Shown here one piece after another: positions 19,257 through 29,501 of a stretch of 64,000 bases of DNA; position 1 is the stretch's first letter, and every line of letters starts with the position of its first letter. The DNA lies in IMG/VR virus record IMGVR_UViG_3300028197_001229, positions 1 to 64,000 of that record. One strand, 5' to 3'. The notes below the pieces were generated by a model, which worked only from the letters and a program-made list of their open reading frames with translations, was not told the DNA's origin and searched no databases. This DNA is from a virus. The translations under genes were made by a program, and so were the position numbers.

Positions 19257-20850
19257 AGATTTAGATCATTACAAGACAAATGAGTCTCTAATTAACTCAG
19301 GATCTTTTTGGTCAGATAGCATAACTGAAAAGCAGAAAGGAATACCTCTAGCCCTAGTACAGCTGTGTCACGAGTCTAGGTTGGTGCAGCAGACAGAAAC
19401 TATAATTAAACAACTACTGAATAGCGATACATATTCAGTAGAAAATATACATCATCCCTTTTCTGATACAGATGTCGTTTTTACTGGAGACAACACATTT
19501 GACGCGAGTTTGCAGGCAGATGCTGCACATCAGTTAGAAAATAGATTTGACCAAGGTAACAGGGGGTTATGGATGGTTAAGCTAGAACCTGTACTTGTAA
19601 CTAAGGGACTAGATAAAGATCTAGAAGAACTAGTAATTCCCATACGTATTAAGGGCTCTTACGGTACAGACCTAATTTTAAATTCTGATTTCTACGTAAG
19701 GAACAACTATATATGTTTCCTTCGAGATCCTGTAGGATTGTTTAGCGAAAATAAATTTTTAATAACGTTGGGTACTACTAACCCTAACAGTATTTATAGT
19801 TTTCCACTTAGAGTAAGCGCTGTTAAAGACGCAGAGTATTTAGTAAACTTTGCTAGACTAAGCCAATCAGCTAAAAATTTTAGATTAGTACTAGCGGAAC
19901 TGGGTGGTCTAAAGGTAATTACCGAAACTCAGTTTTTGGTACACAAGTCGAAAGATTTATCTAAGTTTACATATACTTTTGAAACCGAAATTATAACCGT
20001 AGACTATCCACATCAGGAATTACAAGTAGGTAAAAGGTATACTGCGGACACGATAATAGGTGATGGTATCAAACTGTACACACCAGATGGTACTCAAAAC
20101 TGGTGGAAAAAAATAGATTTTAAAGGTGGCATAGCCCTTAACAGTATAGCTGATAGTAAAAACATACTTATTCCTAACGAAACTGTTATGTCTTACGTAG
20201 CAGATGTAGATACGAATAGTAACATGGGTGACAAAGCACACGTACGGGTAGAGTTAATAGGCGAGCCGGATGATGTAGATGCTTACTGGGATTTAGTAGA
20301 AGTTCAGGAAAAAACTAACAATATTTATTTAAACGAAGTTATTGGTATAGGTAGAAACGATGTTAACTTTGACGACCAGATATTTTCGGGAATACTAAAT
20401 AGGGTTTTAGTTAAGTACGAAGATATAAATAAAGTTAACGACATATTCGGTTGGCAACGTGAGTATAGGAATCTGAATCTATTAAAAGATCCTGATATTA
20501 TAAAACCAAGCGACCCAACAACAAGTCCTGATCCTGCTATTAAATATGTAAATGCATTGGATGTATTTTTTAAAAGTGTATTAAAAGACACAGCTGTAGT
20601 AATACTAATTGATTACGAAGCAATTAGTAAAAATTTTCACAGGGTATGTAAGTTTATAGAAAATGAACAACCAGCCGGGTGTACAATGATTGTAATTATT
20701 AATTGTCCTAGCAAAAATGACACATATGATCTCGCAACCATTGGAAGTTCAGAATATAATTCTTTCCACTTAACAGTTTCAGAGGATGAAACATCTTACG
20801 ACCTCAACTCAATAATCGTTGACAGTTTTACAGCAGAATTAAATACTTAG
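19240..20850 (+). CDS. Baseplate wedge/tail structural protein
   Basis: 536 aa after the J-like gene; C-terminal FIENEQPAGCTMIV resembles the P-A-G/H end motif of GpI-like wedge proteins. Confidence 0.45.
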   Translation: MQYSSKDLDHYKTNESLINSGSFWSDSITEKQKGIPLALVQLCHESRLVQQTETIIKQLLNSDTYSVENIHHPFSDTDVVFTGDNTFDASLQADAAHQLENRFDQGNRGLWMVKLEPVLVTKGLDKDLEELVIPIRIKGSYGTDLILNSDFYVRNNYICFLRDPVGLFSENKFLITLGTTNPNSIYSFPLRVSAVKDAEYLVNFARLSQSAKNFRLVLAELGGLKVITETQFLVHKSKDLSKFTYTFETEIITVDYPHQELQVGKRYTADTIIGDGIKLYTPDGTQNWWKKIDFKGGIALNSIADSKNILIPNETVMSYVADVDTNSNMGDKAHVRVELIGEPDDVDAYWDLVEVQEKTNNIYLNEVIGIGRNDVNFDDQIFSGILNRVLVKYEDINKVNDIFGWQREYRNLNLLKDPDIIKPSDPTTSPDPAIKYVNALDVFFKSVLKDTAVVILIDYEAISKNFHRVCKFIENEQPAGCTMIVIINCPSKNDTYDLATIGSSEYNSFHLTVSEDETSYDLNSIIVDSFTAELNT

Positions 20851-20853
20851 ACA

Positions 20854-21411
20854 ATGACTAGCCTAAAAAAATTAGTTAGCACAGAGATAACAATAAAAAC
20901 TCTAGACAGTAATGGTAATGAAATTTCAGAAAAGAAATTTCAAAATCAATTCATTAAGGAAGGTGCCACCGTGTTATCACGACTTATGGTAGACCCCAGT
21001 GCGCCGAGGCCTTCTCACATCTACGCTAGGTTCAGTAGTGATTTAAGCAATGCGTCTGACGGTACAAACTTTACGATTGCACCCTTGGATGTAACTTATT
21101 CTGATTTTGTTACAGCTAATTCTAATACTGGTTGTTTGCGATCCAGGATATTTAGTACTGCAAAGTTAGAACCTAACGGAGATGTTGTAGATTCAAAAAT
21201 AACATTTTTCTTTAGAGTTACATCTGACAATGAATTAGAAGGAACATTTTTTCCAGAAAGTTCTAAGATTTATTATTTAGGACTTGCCGCAGCTAGAACA
21301 GTAAGTGACCCATCACAGGATCTAATGATGTCATTACTTTTAGCGGATGGTTTGGAAATTCCTACAAATGGGCAGCTGGCTATAGACTACACGCTTAAGT
21401 TAGGAGTATAA
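20854..21411 (+). CDS. Tail collar / baseplate-associated protein
   Basis: QNQFIKEGATVLSRLM (N-x-I-x-x-G motif) and C-terminal QLAIDYTLKL are typical of this class. Confidence 0.5.
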   Translation: MTSLKKLVSTEITIKTLDSNGNEISEKKFQNQFIKEGATVLSRLMVDPSAPRPSHIYARFSSDLSNASDGTNFTIAPLDVTYSDFVTANSNTGCLRSRIFSTAKLEPNGDVVDSKITFFFRVTSDNELEGTFFPESSKIYYLGLAAARTVSDPSQDLMMSLLLADGLEIPTNGQLAIDYTLKLGV

Positions 21412-23520
21412 ATGAGTAAACAACCAATACGTCACGTACAACCACTAGATGCACTGTCTAGTGATATAGTATCTACCCCAACTAAAGAACTTGAGGAGCG
21501 ACTTAGATTACTAGAAAACTCAGTAGCAAATTTGGCAACCAAAGGGACGCTGACAAATGTAATAATAAAGAATAAAAAAATACACAGTTCGGTAGAGTTG
21601 TATAATACTGTCTATTACAACAATAACTCAGGACTTTATGAACAAACTTTAGCACGTGTTGAGTTTACAGGTAACACTTACAATACTTTACCCACAGCTA
21701 TGGTTGTTGGTATAGTAGTTAAAATTTTAGGTAATACAGCAGATATCTTAGTAGATGGTAGTTGGCCTTCCGCAGTATTTCAATCGAGTAACAAACTTTT
21801 AGAACCGGGTGAGAATTATCAGGCAGGTAAGCCGTACTACATAAGCTCTGAATATTATGGTAGGATAACCGCAAGACCCCCTGCACTAGCTGTACAAGCT
21901 ATACTAGCTACAGGTGACACTATACTTATGAACAAAGTGTACGGTACACCTGAAGGGTTTGAGAAAACAGCAAAGTTTGAAATGAGCATGCGCCCGGTTG
22001 GTAGTACACGCACTGTCGGTAATGAAAGTAGGATAGTAGGATTTGATGGTCTAGAATCAAGTTCACTTACAGGTGAATGGACATCGACTAAAGATAGTTC
22101 TACATTTTCACAATCAGGATTCATGGTAGCTGAGGGTCAAGCTTTAGGGTTACCTCCCAGTTCATTGTGGGTGGAGTTTATAATCGGAACAGACGGTCAC
22201 TTAGTTGTAAACACCGCTAGTAGCTTAGCCCAGTTAGGTGAGCCTGACATTAAGAGTGAAACGTTTACGTCAGGAGTTTACGAAGCTGAAGATAGGCCGT
22301 TTGCGGTTACACTAGATAACCACGAAGACTTAAGAAGTTATGTAGTTAGCGACCAGAACAATGTAGCCATACAGCGGATTTACTTTAAATTTATTTGCAA
22401 CGAAGGTGAAACATTTAACTTAGACAAATACAGATCTGTAATATTTAAAGTACCTGACTCACTAAAGGGTTGGAAAGAATTAGATGCATCGAATATTGAG
22501 CCAGGTGCAGCAGGTTCCAAATACCAAATACAACCTTATTATTCAGAAGGTCTAAACAGTGATTACCCTGAGTATGAACATGTTCCTAATGATGTTAAAA
22601 AGTATTACGATACAAAGTCAGACTTTGGATTTGTTCAAAATTGGCCAGCCGAACCATTAAACAAAGCAATAGTAATGGTTAATGGTACTGAAACTAATTT
22701 GTCTGAAATGAGCGAGTTAGGTCTAACATCAAATTTCGGTGATGAGTACTATGATATGGGTATCTCTATAAAAACTCTATACTGGGGTACATCTTATGTA
22801 GAGACGCAACCATGGGACATAAGTTACGATAGGGTTATAGAATCCGGGGAGGATACACACAACTCAAACGCAAAGGTAGCGCATAGGGGTGCAAGCTCAG
22901 GTTCTAGTTGGTACTGGCAAGAAAGTCTATACAGTTTTGAGCCACTACTGAATCGTGGTTGGGTTTACACAAACAAACTGAGTGTATATCACAAGTCATC
23001 TAGGGTATTAGGTGTGGGAGTATTATCACCACTTAAGATAAAAGATTCTATAACTGGATTAGAACCCTCTTATGAAGGTGAACCTATTTCAGGGAATTTA
23101 TTACTTTGGTCGGAGGATCAGGAGAATGTATCACATACGACACAAGACATACATTTAGGTAGGTTTAGTACTACACCTATATACACTAACAACACTAAGT
23201 TTAATGTAGTTTTACGAGAGTTGATATTTATAGTACGTTCACAAAATAATTCAGAACTAAGCAACCAAGAGCTGGGTCAAACATTTGATGAATCAGACTA
23301 CGCGCAAGTTGATGTCGGTACCGGAACAGAAGGGCATAGTGTGTATAACATACTACAAAGAGCACCCGTAAAGGTACTGGAATATAATACATCTTGTGTA
23401 TTAACTTTAAATGAAACAGCCGCAATAATTCCACCTAATGGAGTAGTTCGTATAAATGTCTGGAGACCATTTGATGTAGAACAACGGGTGTCAGTAATAG
23501 TTACTGGTAAGGTATTCTAA
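21412..23520 (+). CDS. Putative tail fibre / virion structural protein
   Basis: Fibre-like N-terminus IRHVQPLDALSSDIVSTPTKELEERLRLLE; also AGKPYYIS...GRITARPP. Confidence 0.45.
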   Translation: MSKQPIRHVQPLDALSSDIVSTPTKELEERLRLLENSVANLATKGTLTNVIIKNKKIHSSVELYNTVYYNNNSGLYEQTLARVEFTGNTYNTLPTAMVVGIVVKILGNTADILVDGSWPSAVFQSSNKLLEPGENYQAGKPYYISSEYYGRITARPPALAVQAILATGDTILMNKVYGTPEGFEKTAKFEMSMRPVGSTRTVGNESRIVGFDGLESSSLTGEWTSTKDSSTFSQSGFMVAEGQALGLPPSSLWVEFIIGTDGHLVVNTASSLAQLGEPDIKSETFTSGVYEAEDRPFAVTLDNHEDLRSYVVSDQNNVAIQRIYFKFICNEGETFNLDKYRSVIFKVPDSLKGWKELDASNIEPGAAGSKYQIQPYYSEGLNSDYPEYEHVPNDVKKYYDTKSDFGFVQNWPAEPLNKAIVMVNGTETNLSEMSELGLTSNFGDEYYDMGISIKTLYWGTSYVETQPWDISYDRVIESGEDTHNSNAKVAHRGASSGSSWYWQESLYSFEPLLNRGWVYTNKLSVYHKSSRVLGVGVLSPLKIKDSITGLEPSYEGEPISGNLLLWSEDQENVSHTTQDIHLGRFSTTPIYTNNTKFNVVLRELIFIVRSQNNSELSNQELGQTFDESDYAQVDVGTGTEGHSVYNILQRAPVKVLEYNTSCVLTLNETAAIIPPNGVVRINVWRPFDVEQRVSVIVTGKVF

Positions 23521-24398
23521 TGAAAGCTGCAGTTACACTAGAAAAGTTTACAGCTGAGTACAATTTCGATCCAGACCAAAGAAAAGGTTGGGCACTTATG
23601 GTGCGTGCAACAAATGCAGTTAATATGGACCCGGAAATATTTGTGTATCACAGGATGTTAAATACAGATGCCTATACAGGTGACTTGTTTGAAGCTGTAG
23701 CGTCTGTAAATCAATATTACGAAATACCAAAAAATGCTCCTAAGATCATAAATGAAGATGAATTGATTCCGTACTATAAAAGAAATCAATTAGAGGTATT
23801 TGCAAGAACCCCCAGCGAATTAGAAGAAATTTGGGAGTATATAAAAATAGATGTAAGTAGGTTGGTAGCAGATATAAATTCTACAGATATACTTACTGCA
23901 TTCCAAGGAGCTAACATAGCTGACGATGGTGGTTTAGAAACTTACGAAATATCGGAAAATAGAGTGTCCCTGGCTTTAAATTTTATGCCGGCTGGAAACT
24001 GGGACGGAGAGACAATAACCGATCCCAGCCACGATAAACAAGGTTGGTTACCAGTTACTGAGTTTGAAAATGGAATAGCCGAGCCTATAGACGCTATTCC
24101 GGAACATGCTTTGTTCTACTATAACATAGATGCTGACAAAGACTTTAAATTATTTTTTAAAAAATATATCAATAAACCATACAACAATAACATACTGGAA
24201 CTGAATGGGATGATGCTGTTATATGGTAGTGCAGGTGCATACAGCGTGACTAAAGATACAGTGTTCTGGTTAGAAAATAAAAACTGGACAATAGAGGGTA
24301 CACAACAAAATCCTTGGCCGGATGATTATATAGATGGTCTACCGTTATCTTACCTACCACAGTTGCGCCTAATCATGCCTGATTCTCAAAAGACTTAA
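23520..24398 (+). CDS. Hypothetical protein, likely virion-associated
   Basis: 292 aa, last gene of the tail run, TAATG overlap. Confidence 0.55.
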   Translation: MKAAVTLEKFTAEYNFDPDQRKGWALMVRATNAVNMDPEIFVYHRMLNTDAYTGDLFEAVASVNQYYEIPKNAPKIINEDELIPYYKRNQLEVFARTPSELEEIWEYIKIDVSRLVADINSTDILTAFQGANIADDGGLETYEISENRVSLALNFMPAGNWDGETITDPSHDKQGWLPVTEFENGIAEPIDAIPEHALFYYNIDADKDFKLFFKKYINKPYNNNILELNGMMLLYGSAGAYSVTKDTVFWLENKNWTIEGTQQNPWPDDYIDGLPLSYLPQLRLIMPDSQKT

Positions 24399-26619
24399 TA
24401 TCTAAGTCGGAAACCTCAATGGGCCCACTACGGCTCTCGTATGTAAACGCTTTTAAATCTAGAGCCAGCCTAATAAATTGAGCTCCAGAATAAGCTAAGT
24501 TTTCCACATTATTTTCGGTTATTGTAAAGTCAGTACACTCTGTACGTATTATGTGATTTATAATCTTAGGTAGTAGTACTTTGAAGTATATAACATAGTC
24601 GTAGTTTAAACTAAAGTTACTAACGTCTAAACCTTCATCACAAAATATAAAAACTCCATGTTTGTAAAAATCGTGACAGTTGTCCTCACTAAAACAAACT
24701 ACTGGGTAACCTTCTATCTCTTCTATTTTAGTACCCTTAGATCGAGTATTAGTATTTAATTCTAATACAGAAGTTTGTCCGAAAACTTCGAACAACTGTA
24801 TTAGTAACTTTCTAGATTTTGTACTATCTACCAACCTTACAGTTGGAATATCCCACTTCATATAGGACCGACACAACATACCTACTAATAAGGACAATAT
24901 AAGATTTAATTTTGAATCAAACTTTAGCTTATTAGACTTAGGTAGCATACTGTAATCATAGTTACTAAAAAAAGAACGCTCCGGATGTGGCGTAGCAGTT
25001 CGTTCGGTTACAGTAAAACCAGAAGCTTCCCAAGCAAAACTACGAAAACTAGATCTATCGTCAGACCAACCCAACCTAGCTAGTCCGAATTCTGCTTTGG
25101 CAGAATTAGCTTCCTGCAGTAATATGTTGTTTAAATATTTGGCGTACCTTGTATCGTAAATTGTGGGTAGTTTAATATTCTCGTTAGTGTCACTAGTAAG
25201 TGCTTTCGTTAAAACTTTTATGACTTCGTAAGGCTGCTGTAAAGTTCTCTTAGAAAACACTACATCTTTAGCGACATCAGATATGTAGGCCGTGCCTTTA
25301 TAAAAAACATCTGAACTATTTTTAAACACTAATGTCCTCTTAAGTATTATTGTGAAATTAGTAATAGGTATAGACTCACCATTAAGATCTACATGGTAAC
25401 CATCCACAGTACTCCCCACTTGTTTACCTAATGCTCTGAAGTTTTTATTACTCCGTATAATCTCCTGCCCTGCTAACTCGAGAACTTGTTGTCGTCCAGA
25501 TTGTTTTAATTTTTCTATAATCTCAGATCTTATAAGTGCATCTGTAAAAGCGTGACCCATAAATTTAGTTATAGATTCCGTATCTTCTGATTTTTTAGTC
25601 AATAGACTAAAGAAACTATTAACAACTTTTGCCCTACAACACTTACTTAGCTTAAATGGTTCTAAATAAATATCGTTAGTAATACGTACTCTACTGGCAT
25701 ACTTAAAATAAACCATCATGCTAGCCAATACTTTACAGTTTTCTGCCGAAACAAGTAATGTCGGTAGTCTGTCGGGCTGTAGTGAGTAACTAAAACTTTT
25801 ACCCTTCCTTACACTATTCTTCCTAGACAGTAAAGTGCCGTACCCATTTCGGCTATGTTTCACCATATTATGCCTAGCGTGAGCGAGTTGTGTTATATCA
25901 TCACATATTACGCATATTTGATTATCAGGAGGCATAGTGTGGTAACCTAAGTACCCATGTGCAAATTCTGATTCATAAACTAGTATAAATTTACCAGATA
26001 CAATATCTTCTACAACTACAGAAGCTAAGGTGTGATAACTTGTGTGGTATGTATAAACTAGATAATCACTGCTCGTTGCTACTTTACAAATTTCTTTGGT
26101 AAAATCTTTAGACTCCCATAAACTTATAAGCTTTTTAAGAGAATCCCCAGACATATAAAACAAAAATTGAGGAATGTTCCCCTGTAACATGTTCTTATTA
26201 ATTAAACTCTCTTTTACAGTTGTAGGTATTTTGATACTTTTCGAACACTTAGCGAACACTCTATTAGCCAAACTAAGGTCTTTCAGATATAGTGCTATAT
26301 CGTTTTTCCACCACAATAACGTAGAAGCAACAGTAGGATCAGCACTATCAGAGCTTGCATCTAAGATAGACTCTACAGACTCTAAGTAACTTAGACCCTT
26401 TACATAAACAATTAGATCAACTATATTGCCATACTGAAACTCAGGATTATAAAACTGTGAAACCAATTCCTTACTTAATACATAAAACGAATTACCAGGA
26501 TTCTTTGGATCTTGGAAAACTGGTATGTGGTTTACACTGTTTAGTTCTACTAAACCCAACTCCTTACACACAGCATAGGGCGACCGAAGATCAAAAAGCA
26601 TATTGACTTTAGTGCGCAT
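24373..26619 (-). CDS. Degenerate primase-like / DUF927-like fusion protein
   Basis: GNIVDLIVYVKGLSYLESVESI resembles the DnaG zinc-domain tail. IPITNFTI and LGWSDDRSSF resemble DUF927-type domains. No intact zinc cysteines or Walker A seen. Confidence 0.4.
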   Translation of the reverse strand: MRTKVNMLFDLRSPYAVCKELGLVELNSVNHIPVFQDPKNPGNSFYVLSKELVSQFYNPEFQYGNIVDLIVYVKGLSYLESVESILDASSDSADPTVASTLLWWKNDIALYLKDLSLANRVFAKCSKSIKIPTTVKESLINKNMLQGNIPQFLFYMSGDSLKKLISLWESKDFTKEICKVATSSDYLVYTYHTSYHTLASVVVEDIVSGKFILVYESEFAHGYLGYHTMPPDNQICVICDDITQLAHARHNMVKHSRNGYGTLLSRKNSVRKGKSFSYSLQPDRLPTLLVSAENCKVLASMMVYFKYASRVRITNDIYLEPFKLSKCCRAKVVNSFFSLLTKKSEDTESITKFMGHAFTDALIRSEIIEKLKQSGRQQVLELAGQEIIRSNKNFRALGKQVGSTVDGYHVDLNGESIPITNFTIILKRTLVFKNSSDVFYKGTAYISDVAKDVVFSKRTLQQPYEVIKVLTKALTSDTNENIKLPTIYDTRYAKYLNNILLQEANSAKAEFGLARLGWSDDRSSFRSFAWEASGFTVTERTATPHPERSFFSNYDYSMLPKSNKLKFDSKLNLILSLLVGMLCRSYMKWDIPTVRLVDSTKSRKLLIQLFEVFGQTSVLELNTNTRSKGTKIEEIEGYPVVCFSEDNCHDFYKHGVFIFCDEGLDVSNFSLNYDYVIYFKVLLPKIINHIIRTECTDFTITENNVENLAYSGAQFIRLALDLKAFTYESRSGPIEVSDLDIKSFENQA

Positions 26620-26647
26620 CTAATTAAGAATTGAAAGATCAAACATC

Positions 26648-27700
26648 ATGGACTTTGTAAAAGATAATAACCCTAAGCATTTGTTGCAAGTTTCTGCTAT
26701 GATCGGGAATTTCCCGGCATATGTCAAGGAAGCTTCAGCTAATGAGCGACAAGAAGAAGTAAAGAATTTAGTGAAATCAGCATTTGCTGATCAACGCACT
26801 AAAGAGTTCCCGCTTAACACTAAGGAGAACACTTACTTAAGTTATGCTTACTACAAGTCAGCAAACTGTGAAGATGTTAATATTCTAAAAAATATAGAGA
26901 CTGCGGTAGGGTTACATGGTATAGGCGAAGACGTGGAGCCTATAGACAGCGTCTTTAATGATTTAGATAAGCAAGCTTCGACTGATGTGTTATCTGAAAA
27001 TTTTGCATTATCTATAAATTACGGAGATTCTGTAGGTGTAAAGTACTACTACCCTGTCAATGATCAGCAAACCATAACTAAGTCAGCTAGAGATTTGTCA
27101 AATGATTTTGCAAAGATGCCTATAGAAGCATTTAGACATGCATCTAAAAACTTAGTAAAAGCTGCAAGAAAAATAAATTTAGAAGTATCAAGTTTGCCCG
27201 ACCGAATAAGGCGTAACGGTATAGATCGGGAGTTTAACTATTCAGGTGCCAAAGTTGCATGCAAACAACGTTCAGAACTTTTAGGAGAGGGTGCTGGAAA
27301 TGTATATGAAGAAATTTTAAAGTCAGCGAGTATTGATGTTGAGAACATTGAAGATTACATAAACTTGTTCACAGATATGGATCGTATGAATGGTGTAAAG
27401 TATAGCTCAACACTACTAAACCCTTACGAATCATTCTTTTCTGGAATTGACAAATTAGCATTAGAAAAGGTTGCTAACGCATACGTAGTAGTTTCTGATG
27501 CTCCAATTCCACTAGATGATTTCACTAAAGCTGCTAGGAAAGCTATTGAAGAAAATTTCTGTAGTGAAGATCAAGAAAAGCTATTAGGAATAGTTAAAGC
27601 AGCTGAAGACCTTGGCGGGTTATCAGCTAGCGAAAAACTAATACAGTTTCCAGAAGAATTACAAAAACAATTCCTAGGTAGCTTGTTGGATAGAAAATGA
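26648..27700 (+). CDS. K-x-A motif-rich protein, putative head/internal protein
   Basis: 350 aa with 12 K-x-A tripeptides counted by eye (KEAS, KSAF, KQAS, KSAS, KVAN and others). Confidence 0.55.
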   Translation: MDFVKDNNPKHLLQVSAMIGNFPAYVKEASANERQEEVKNLVKSAFADQRTKEFPLNTKENTYLSYAYYKSANCEDVNILKNIETAVGLHGIGEDVEPIDSVFNDLDKQASTDVLSENFALSINYGDSVGVKYYYPVNDQQTITKSARDLSNDFAKMPIEAFRHASKNLVKAARKINLEVSSLPDRIRRNGIDREFNYSGAKVACKQRSELLGEGAGNVYEEILKSASIDVENIEDYINLFTDMDRMNGVKYSSTLLNPYESFFSGIDKLALEKVANAYVVVSDAPIPLDDFTKAARKAIEENFCSEDQEKLLGIVKAAEDLGGLSASEKLIQFPEELQKQFLGSLLDRK

Positions 27701-27999
27701 ATAACAAAGAAAAATTGTTACTAGTTAAATTGGCAGAAACTGTAGTACAAGACAGTATGCCTACACCTAGTGGTGACGGTGAAATGAATATGGAGCAACC
27801 AGCAAACATGTTCCAAAACAATTCATTTAATCTATTTCCACAAAATAAAAACTTTGGACCAAAGATATTACCAAATGCTGGAGGTGTTCAGCCTAACTTA
27901 ATGTTGGGAGGAGATCCGCAAAATATGGGAGCGCCTAGCACAATGAGTATGACAGCTCCCGGAGGCGGGAAAGGGACTACTCCGAATATAGGTGTATGA
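27697..27999 (+). CDS. Low-complexity small protein
   Basis: 100 aa rich in M/N/P/G, begins LLVKLAE; ATGA overlaps at both ends. Confidence 0.6.
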   Translation: MNNKEKLLLVKLAETVVQDSMPTPSGDGEMNMEQPANMFQNNSFNLFPQNKNFGPKILPNAGGVQPNLMLGGDPQNMGAPSTMSMTAPGGGKGTTPNIGV

Positions 28000-28862
28000 A
28001 ACTGCCTGTAATAGGCGCTAGCTTAGGTGGACTTATAGGTTACCTAAAGTCTAAAAAGAATAAAAAAGACGAAAGAGAAAATCCCCTAGAAGATTCGCTA
28101 CGTGGTAGTGCAGTGGGAGGTTTGACCGGATTAGGTGCTACGCTAGGAGATACGTATGGTTTAAAAGGTGGTTACGCATTAGGGGAGATGGTAAGTGATG
28201 ACTTACAAACTAAATCAAACTACGCAAACATAGCCCGTATAATCGGCTTACTAAGCGGTGGAACTTTAGGTTATATGGGTGGTAAAAAACTTGTAGATAA
28301 AGAAGAAGGGCCTGAAGAGGAGAAGTCTGCAATGCTAGGAACTACATTAGGTGCAGTCTATGGTTCAAATGCCGCAACTGAGAGTGAAGTTTACAAAAGA
28401 AAAACTAACCCCGATGTAGCAGAAAGATCTGGAGCTTTGCGAGGAGCAGGGATTGGTGCTATAGCAGACATATTTGCTGCATTGGGTTTAACCGGCGGAA
28501 AATCTCTAGGTACTGAAACTGCTAGGCAATTAGAATTTTCAAACCTTGGTCCGATGCGTGGACTGGGAGGACTTCTTGGGGCTGTAGGTGGTGGTGTAGC
28601 AGGTTACGGTCTAGGTAAGAAGTTACTATGGCCAGAAGAGTGGTCTGCTGATAATACTGCTTCTGAAATAGAAGTTATAGAAAAAGATATGGGCAGGTTA
28701 CTAAATAGACCGTGGTCAGAATCAACTGAAAATGAATATTTTGCTTTGGAAGGAGAGTTAAAAGACTTGAAAGAAGAGTTGAGCGAATATGAAATGCCCA
28801 AGGCAGCAAGTCAAGAAGCACCGTATAAGGACACTTTGAGTGTATTAGGCTATGGGGACTAA
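27996..28862 (+). CDS. Glycine-zipper protein with internal duplication
   Basis: Two similar modules: SLRGSAVGGLTGLG...GLLSGGTLGYMGGKKL and ALRGAGIGAIA...GGLLGAVGGGVAGYGLGKKL, separated by EEKSA. Confidence 0.65.
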   Translation: MKLPVIGASLGGLIGYLKSKKNKKDERENPLEDSLRGSAVGGLTGLGATLGDTYGLKGGYALGEMVSDDLQTKSNYANIARIIGLLSGGTLGYMGGKKLVDKEEGPEEEKSAMLGTTLGAVYGSNAATESEVYKRKTNPDVAERSGALRGAGIGAIADIFAALGLTGGKSLGTETARQLEFSNLGPMRGLGGLLGAVGGGVAGYGLGKKLLWPEEWSADNTASEIEVIEKDMGRLLNRPWSESTENEYFALEGELKDLKEELSEYEMPKAASQEAPYKDTLSVLGYGD

Positions 28863-29415
28863 ACTAGACAAGAAAGAGGTTTTTAAGGCCCTGTCTGACG
28901 ACGCAACGTTTGGTACTACAGCACATGTAATTGCAATTGCTACGTTTGGTGAGGAAGTTTACCAGATGGACCCACTAGAATTATTTATGAATCTAGAGGA
29001 TGAGTACAAGATGGAAATTTCAGATGAAGTTTGTGAAAAGTTACAAGCTATACTACTGGCAACTACAACAGACGCATTCTATGAAGATGCTACGGCTTTC
29101 CGCGCAATAGCTAATACGCTAATTGAAGGTAACCCAGGATTCGAAGGTTTCGACAATTTAACTGTACCAGAGATATTGTGGTCAATATATGAGGTAGAAC
29201 TAAATCACGAACCAATAGAGTTTTCAGCTAGTGTTAACAAATTGATAGCAACAGAGCTTGAAGAAGAAGTAGAAGACATGGATGAGATAAGCGAAGCCAT
29301 GGAAGTACCTTATTACCAGCGTGCTGTTAGAGATTTACGAGGTGAATTAGCCGAACAGCTTGTGGCTATAGGCTTCGAGCAACATAACTTACCATCTGTA
29401 GACAGTCTGCAATAA
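28852..29415 (+). CDS. Acidic hypothetical protein
   Basis: 187 aa, overlaps the upstream gene. Confidence 0.65.
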   Translation: MGTKLDKKEVFKALSDDATFGTTAHVIAIATFGEEVYQMDPLELFMNLEDEYKMEISDEVCEKLQAILLATTTDAFYEDATAFRAIANTLIEGNPGFEGFDNLTVPEILWSIYEVELNHEPIEFSASVNKLIATELEEEVEDMDEISEAMEVPYYQRAVRDLRGELAEQLVAIGFEQHNLPSVDSLQ

Positions 29416-29428
29416 CGACACGTATTGT

Positions 29429-29445
29429 GTCATATATTATTGGTA
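29429..29445 (+). promoter_or_regulatory. Conserved 17-bp intergenic motif, copy 1 (GTYATATATWWTTGGTA), putative phage promoter
   Basis: gtcatatattattggta; matches the copies at 46214 and 53003. Confidence 0.55.
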
Positions 29446-29451
29446 ATCCAG

Positions 29452-29471
29452 AAACTATCGTAAGATAGTTT
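29452..29471 (+). other. Hairpin with GNRA tetraloop between convergent genes
   Basis: aaactatc-gtaa-gatagttt, perfect 8-bp stem. Confidence 0.5.
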
Positions 29472-29501
29472 AAAACGAAAAACTATTTTTTTCCCTATTG
29501 G

